Below, in pieces: positions 45,189 to 48,158 of a stretch of 48,158 nt of DNA. Each line of letters starts with the position of its first letter. Position 1 is the stretch's first letter. Location of the stretch: the NCBI GenBank assembly GCA_963422615.1, contig OY730414.1, positions 2,526,302 through 2,574,459 on the forward strand. The letters run 5' to 3'. Source of the DNA: Longimicrobiales bacterium (GTDB taxonomy: Bacteria > Gemmatimonadota > Gemmatimonadetes > Longimicrobiales > Gaopeijiaceae). The notes below the pieces were generated by a model. The model was given only the letters and a program-made list of their open reading frames with translations, had not been told where the DNA came from and did no database searches. A program made the translations under genes and the position numbers.

Positions 45189-46472
45189 ATGACCGACGAG
45201 CCCAACCCGCCAGCCCGATCTCCACGGGCGCTTCACCGCTCCCGCGGAAGGCAGACGAACGCCCCGGTCAGGACCCCTGAACGGATCGGCAGCCTGGATG
45301 TGCTTCGGGGCTTCGCCCTCCTGGGCATCCCCCTGATGAATATCCAGTCCTTTTCGATGCCGGCCGCCACCTACACCAACCCGACCGCGTGGGGAGACCT
45401 TACCGGGGCCAATCTGGCCGCCTGGATGCTGACCGAATTCTTCGCCAACGGAAAGTTCATCACCCTCTTCTCCATCCTGTTCGGCGCCGGGATCTGCCTC
45501 TTCGCAGACCGAATCGAGGGCCGCGGGGGAAAGGCGACCGCGGTTCACTACCGCCGAATGGGCTGGTTGCTCGTCTTTGGCCTGGCTCACGCCTATTTTC
45601 TCTGGATCGGAGACATCCTGGTGGCCTACGCGGTGTGCGGTTCGCTGATCTATCCGGCGCGCCGCCGCAGTCCCCGAAGTTTGCTGATCCTGGGGCTCAC
45701 CGTCTTCTCGGCCGGTAGCGCAATATCGCTGATCAGCGGGGTCGCCGTCTCTTCCTCCTATGTGCCTGAGGACGCCAAGCAGGAAATCGCGGCGGAGTGG
45801 ATGCCCGATGCCCAGGACCTGGAGGCGGAGGTCGCGGCATACCGAGGCGACTGGCGTCGGCGACAGGCGCTTCGGGCAGAGCAGGCCCTGGAAATGCATC
45901 TCGTCGTGCTCCCCTTCCTGGTCTGGTCGGTGACCGGAACGATGCTCCTCGGGATGGCCCTGTACCGCATGGGTGTCCTGAGCGCGGCCCGAGACGAACG
46001 CTTCTACCGGCGTCTCGCGGCTTCCGGCCTGCTCATTGGAGCGCCGCTGGTCGTCTTCGGGATCTGTTGGAACCTTGATGGCGACTTTCGCTGGGACCGT
46101 TCCATGTTCTTCGGCGCCGAGTTCAACAACTGGGGCCGCGTCCCCATGGCCCTCGGCTACTGCGGACTGGTCATGCTTGCGGCGCGTTGTCGCATCCTGC
46201 CCGCGGTCCAGCACCGAATCGCCGCCATGGGGCGGATGGCCTTCACGAACTACATTCTGCAGTCCGTGCTGACGGCGGCCGTCTTCTACGGACACGGGCT
46301 CGGGCGCTTCGGGAGCGTGGAACGCCCGGGACAGATTCTGATCGCTCTTGGCCTCGGTCTCGTTCAGCTCTGGCTGTCGCCTCTGTGGCTCCGACACTTC
46401 GCCTACGGTCCCCTCGAATGGGGTTGGCGCGCCCTCACCTACCGGAGCTGGCCGCATTTTCGGGCCAAATGA
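45189..46472 (+). CDS. DUF418 (YeiB-like) membrane protein
   Basis: RIGSLDVLRGFALLGI, GKFITLFSILFG, GDILVAYA, GRMAFTNYILQS, YGPLEWGWRALTY. Confidence 0.93.
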   Translation: MTDEPNPPARSPRALHRSRGRQTNAPVRTPERIGSLDVLRGFALLGIPLMNIQSFSMPAATYTNPTAWGDLTGANLAAWMLTEFFANGKFITLFSILFGAGICLFADRIEGRGGKATAVHYRRMGWLLVFGLAHAYFLWIGDILVAYAVCGSLIYPARRRSPRSLLILGLTVFSAGSAISLISGVAVSSSYVPEDAKQEIAAEWMPDAQDLEAEVAAYRGDWRRRQALRAEQALEMHLVVLPFLVWSVTGTMLLGMALYRMGVLSAARDERFYRRLAASGLLIGAPLVVFGICWNLDGDFRWDRSMFFGAEFNNWGRVPMALGYCGLVMLAARCRILPAVQHRIAAMGRMAFTNYILQSVLTAAVFYGHGLGRFGSVERPGQILIALGLGLVQLWLSPLWLRHFAYGPLEWGWRALTYRSWPHFRAK

Positions 46473-46531
46473 GCGACAAACCCCGTTGTTCCCCCCGGAT
46501 GAACGACAAAGGGAACTTCTCCGCCCTGATC

Positions 46532-47611
46532 TCAGCCTTGGTTGAACAGGAAGTAGTCGTGAACCGCTCGGGCGATGTGGGCGATCACGGGCTCCCTAGC
46601 GGCGATGTCCTCGATCTCGGATTCCTTGATGTAGACGACCGTCACGACGTGGCCCGCACTCCCGGGAAGGTTGATGATGCCGACATCGTTGGTGGTCTGT
46701 CCGATCGTGCCCGTCTTGTGGGCGACCTCCGTGCCCGGCGGCAGGGCCCCCTTCAGCCGCCGTTCTCCCGTTCGACACCGGTACAGGATGTCGATGAGCA
46801 AGCGGGAAGCGTCCTCCGAAAGCGCCTCCCGGTTCCATATCTTGCCAAGTAGCACAGCCATGGCGGCCGGGGTCGCCGTGTCCCGGGGGTCGGCGTTGAA
46901 AGTCGCACTGTGGGCCGCCATCTGGGCGTCCGTCCGTTCCGCTTCCAGCAGCTCCCGGTAGTCCGCGGGATCGATGGGATCGTCCTCCCGAACCTCGGGG
47001 TGTCCCAGCCAGTTGGCGATCAAGGCCCAGGTGGGCCGGTCAACCCGCATCCCTTCGACACCCGCCTCGATCATCGCAGCCGTAACCGCCCCGGAACCAC
47101 CCGCCTGCCGCATCAGGACGTCGGTGGCAATGTTGTCGCTGATCTGAAGCATCAGCTCCAGCAGATTGCGGACCGAAATCCGAAGCCCCGGCTCGTCCAG
47201 CAGATCGCTGATGGCGCTCGAAGTCCGGTAGACGTCGCGCTGCTCGATCTCGACCAGGTCGTGCAGGGAGAGTTCGCCTCGATCAGCCATGGACAGAATC
47301 TGCACGGCAATGGGAATCTTGTACGTGCTCGCCATGGGAAATGGGACGTCCCCGTTCAGGGTGATTCCACGACCCGTTTCCAGGTGGTACGCGGCCACAC
47401 CCACCGTGCCCTCCGCGAGTTCGGCCAGCCTGGCGACTTCGGCGGCCAAGCGGGCCAAGCCCGGATCGTCCCCAATGGTGCGCGTGTCCTGGGCGCAGGC
47501 AGGAGCGGCCGCCCCCGCCGCGATGATCAGGCAGTGAGGAACCCGGAGGACAAAGCGCGGGAGAGCAAGGCGAGAGCGGTGCAGGCGCCGAGCGGGGGTC
47601 GTGGGCAACAT
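46532..47611 (-). CDS. Class A beta-lactamase-fold serine hydrolase (atypical omega loop)
   Basis: FPMASTYK (SxxK), SDN, DPRDTATP, AHKTGT, NDVGII; signal/lipoprotein leader; Thr at the Glu166 position. Confidence 0.88.
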   Translation of the reverse strand: MLPTTPARRLHRSRLALPRFVLRVPHCLIIAAGAAAPACAQDTRTIGDDPGLARLAAEVARLAELAEGTVGVAAYHLETGRGITLNGDVPFPMASTYKIPIAVQILSMADRGELSLHDLVEIEQRDVYRTSSAISDLLDEPGLRISVRNLLELMLQISDNIATDVLMRQAGGSGAVTAAMIEAGVEGMRVDRPTWALIANWLGHPEVREDDPIDPADYRELLEAERTDAQMAAHSATFNADPRDTATPAAMAVLLGKIWNREALSEDASRLLIDILYRCRTGERRLKGALPPGTEVAHKTGTIGQTTNDVGIINLPGSAGHVVTVVYIKESEIEDIAAREPVIAHIARAVHDYFLFNQG

Positions 47612-47844
47612 GGGCAACCTTTCCGTGGACTGGCGAATACAGGAACCGAATTCCAGAACAGCGTACGTTTGTCGGCGTCCCGCAAGCAAGTTCCGCATTC
47701 GCCCTCGGCGTCTTGCCCCAGGCCCACGGGGTCACGCCAAGCCCGGCTCCGTTGGCGTATCTTCCGGCCCGGCGCCCGCGAGCTTATATTATCTTCATAA
47801 GTTGACCTTAATAGTCGGCGTCTTTCGTAATGCATAAATGCATA

Positions 47845-48158
47845 ATGATCGATCTCTTTCCACCGCTGCCGGAGAAGACGTTTCCCGTCATCTATGCCGA
47901 TCCTCCTTGGGACTACAAGGGTCAACTGCAACATGCGGGTCGGGGTAATGGAGACTCAGGGGGAGCGGTCAAGCACTATCCAACCGTGACACTGGCAAAC
48001 CTGAACAACCTGCCCGTCCGGAAGATCGCGGCCAAAGACTGCCTTCTGTTTATGTGGGCGACGAACCCGCATCTGGACCAAGCGATCGATCTTGGCAAGG
48101 CATGGGGGTTTGCATGGGCAACCGTCGCCTTCGTGTGGGACAAGGTACGGATCAACCC
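47845..48158 (+). CDS. MT-A70-family N6-adenine methyltransferase, 5' part (runs off the window edge)
   Basis: Not in the ORF track. MIDLFPPLPEKTFPVIYADPPWDY...HYPTV...LPVRKIAAKDCLLFMWATNPHL..A..L..AWGF...VAFVWDK; alternative ATG at 47830. Confidence 0.92.
   Translation, partial: MIDLFPPLPEKTFPVIYADPPWDYKGQLQHAGRGNGDSGGAVKHYPTVTLANLNNLPVRKIAAKDCLLFMWATNPHLDQAIDLGKAWGFAWATVAFVWDKVRIN

Noticed and set aside
46532..47611. Calling this gene a functional antibiotic-resistance beta-lactamase
   Set aside because: The Glu166 equivalent is missing, so activity cannot be inferred from the fold.

Overview
GC-rich bacterial chromosomal segment (roughly two-thirds G+C by eye). Gene style and order suggest Gemmatimonadota, probably a host-associated, sponge-symbiont-like lineage; this is inference from the plant-type LRR, NHL, VPS10, six-bladed propeller and M66-like lipoproteins. 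Left to right: (1) envelope operon on the minus strand (epimerase-tolQ-tolR-tolA-tolB-pal-cpoB-tatC-probable lptD-like gene cut by the window edge); (2) DNA-repair/housekeeping block (xth, fpg remnant, fabV, alkA-like, ogt, DegT aminotransferase, GroES-like, mmuM); (3) tRNA-Pro(GGG) followed by about 7.5 kb of secreted or lipoprotein genes (two M66-like metalloproteases, an LRR lipoprotein, a small outer-membrane barrel, two broken propellers); (4) a five-gene 3-ketoglycoside-type sugar cluster; (5) a P1 peptidase / Na+:solute symporter / trans-3-hydroxyproline dehydratase module; (6) assorted hydrolases and oxidoreductases, a collapsed amidase pseudogene, a class A beta-lactamase-fold protein lacking Glu166, and the 5' part of an MT-A70 adenine methyltransferase at the right edge. 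I saw no CRISPR array, integrase, transposase or rRNA. No clearly new system is proven here. The best candidates are the hydroxyproline/peptide-scavenging module, the tRNA-adjacent surface-protein cluster, the Glu166-less lactamase and a consistent footprint of gene erosion. All family calls come from motif recognition, not database searches.
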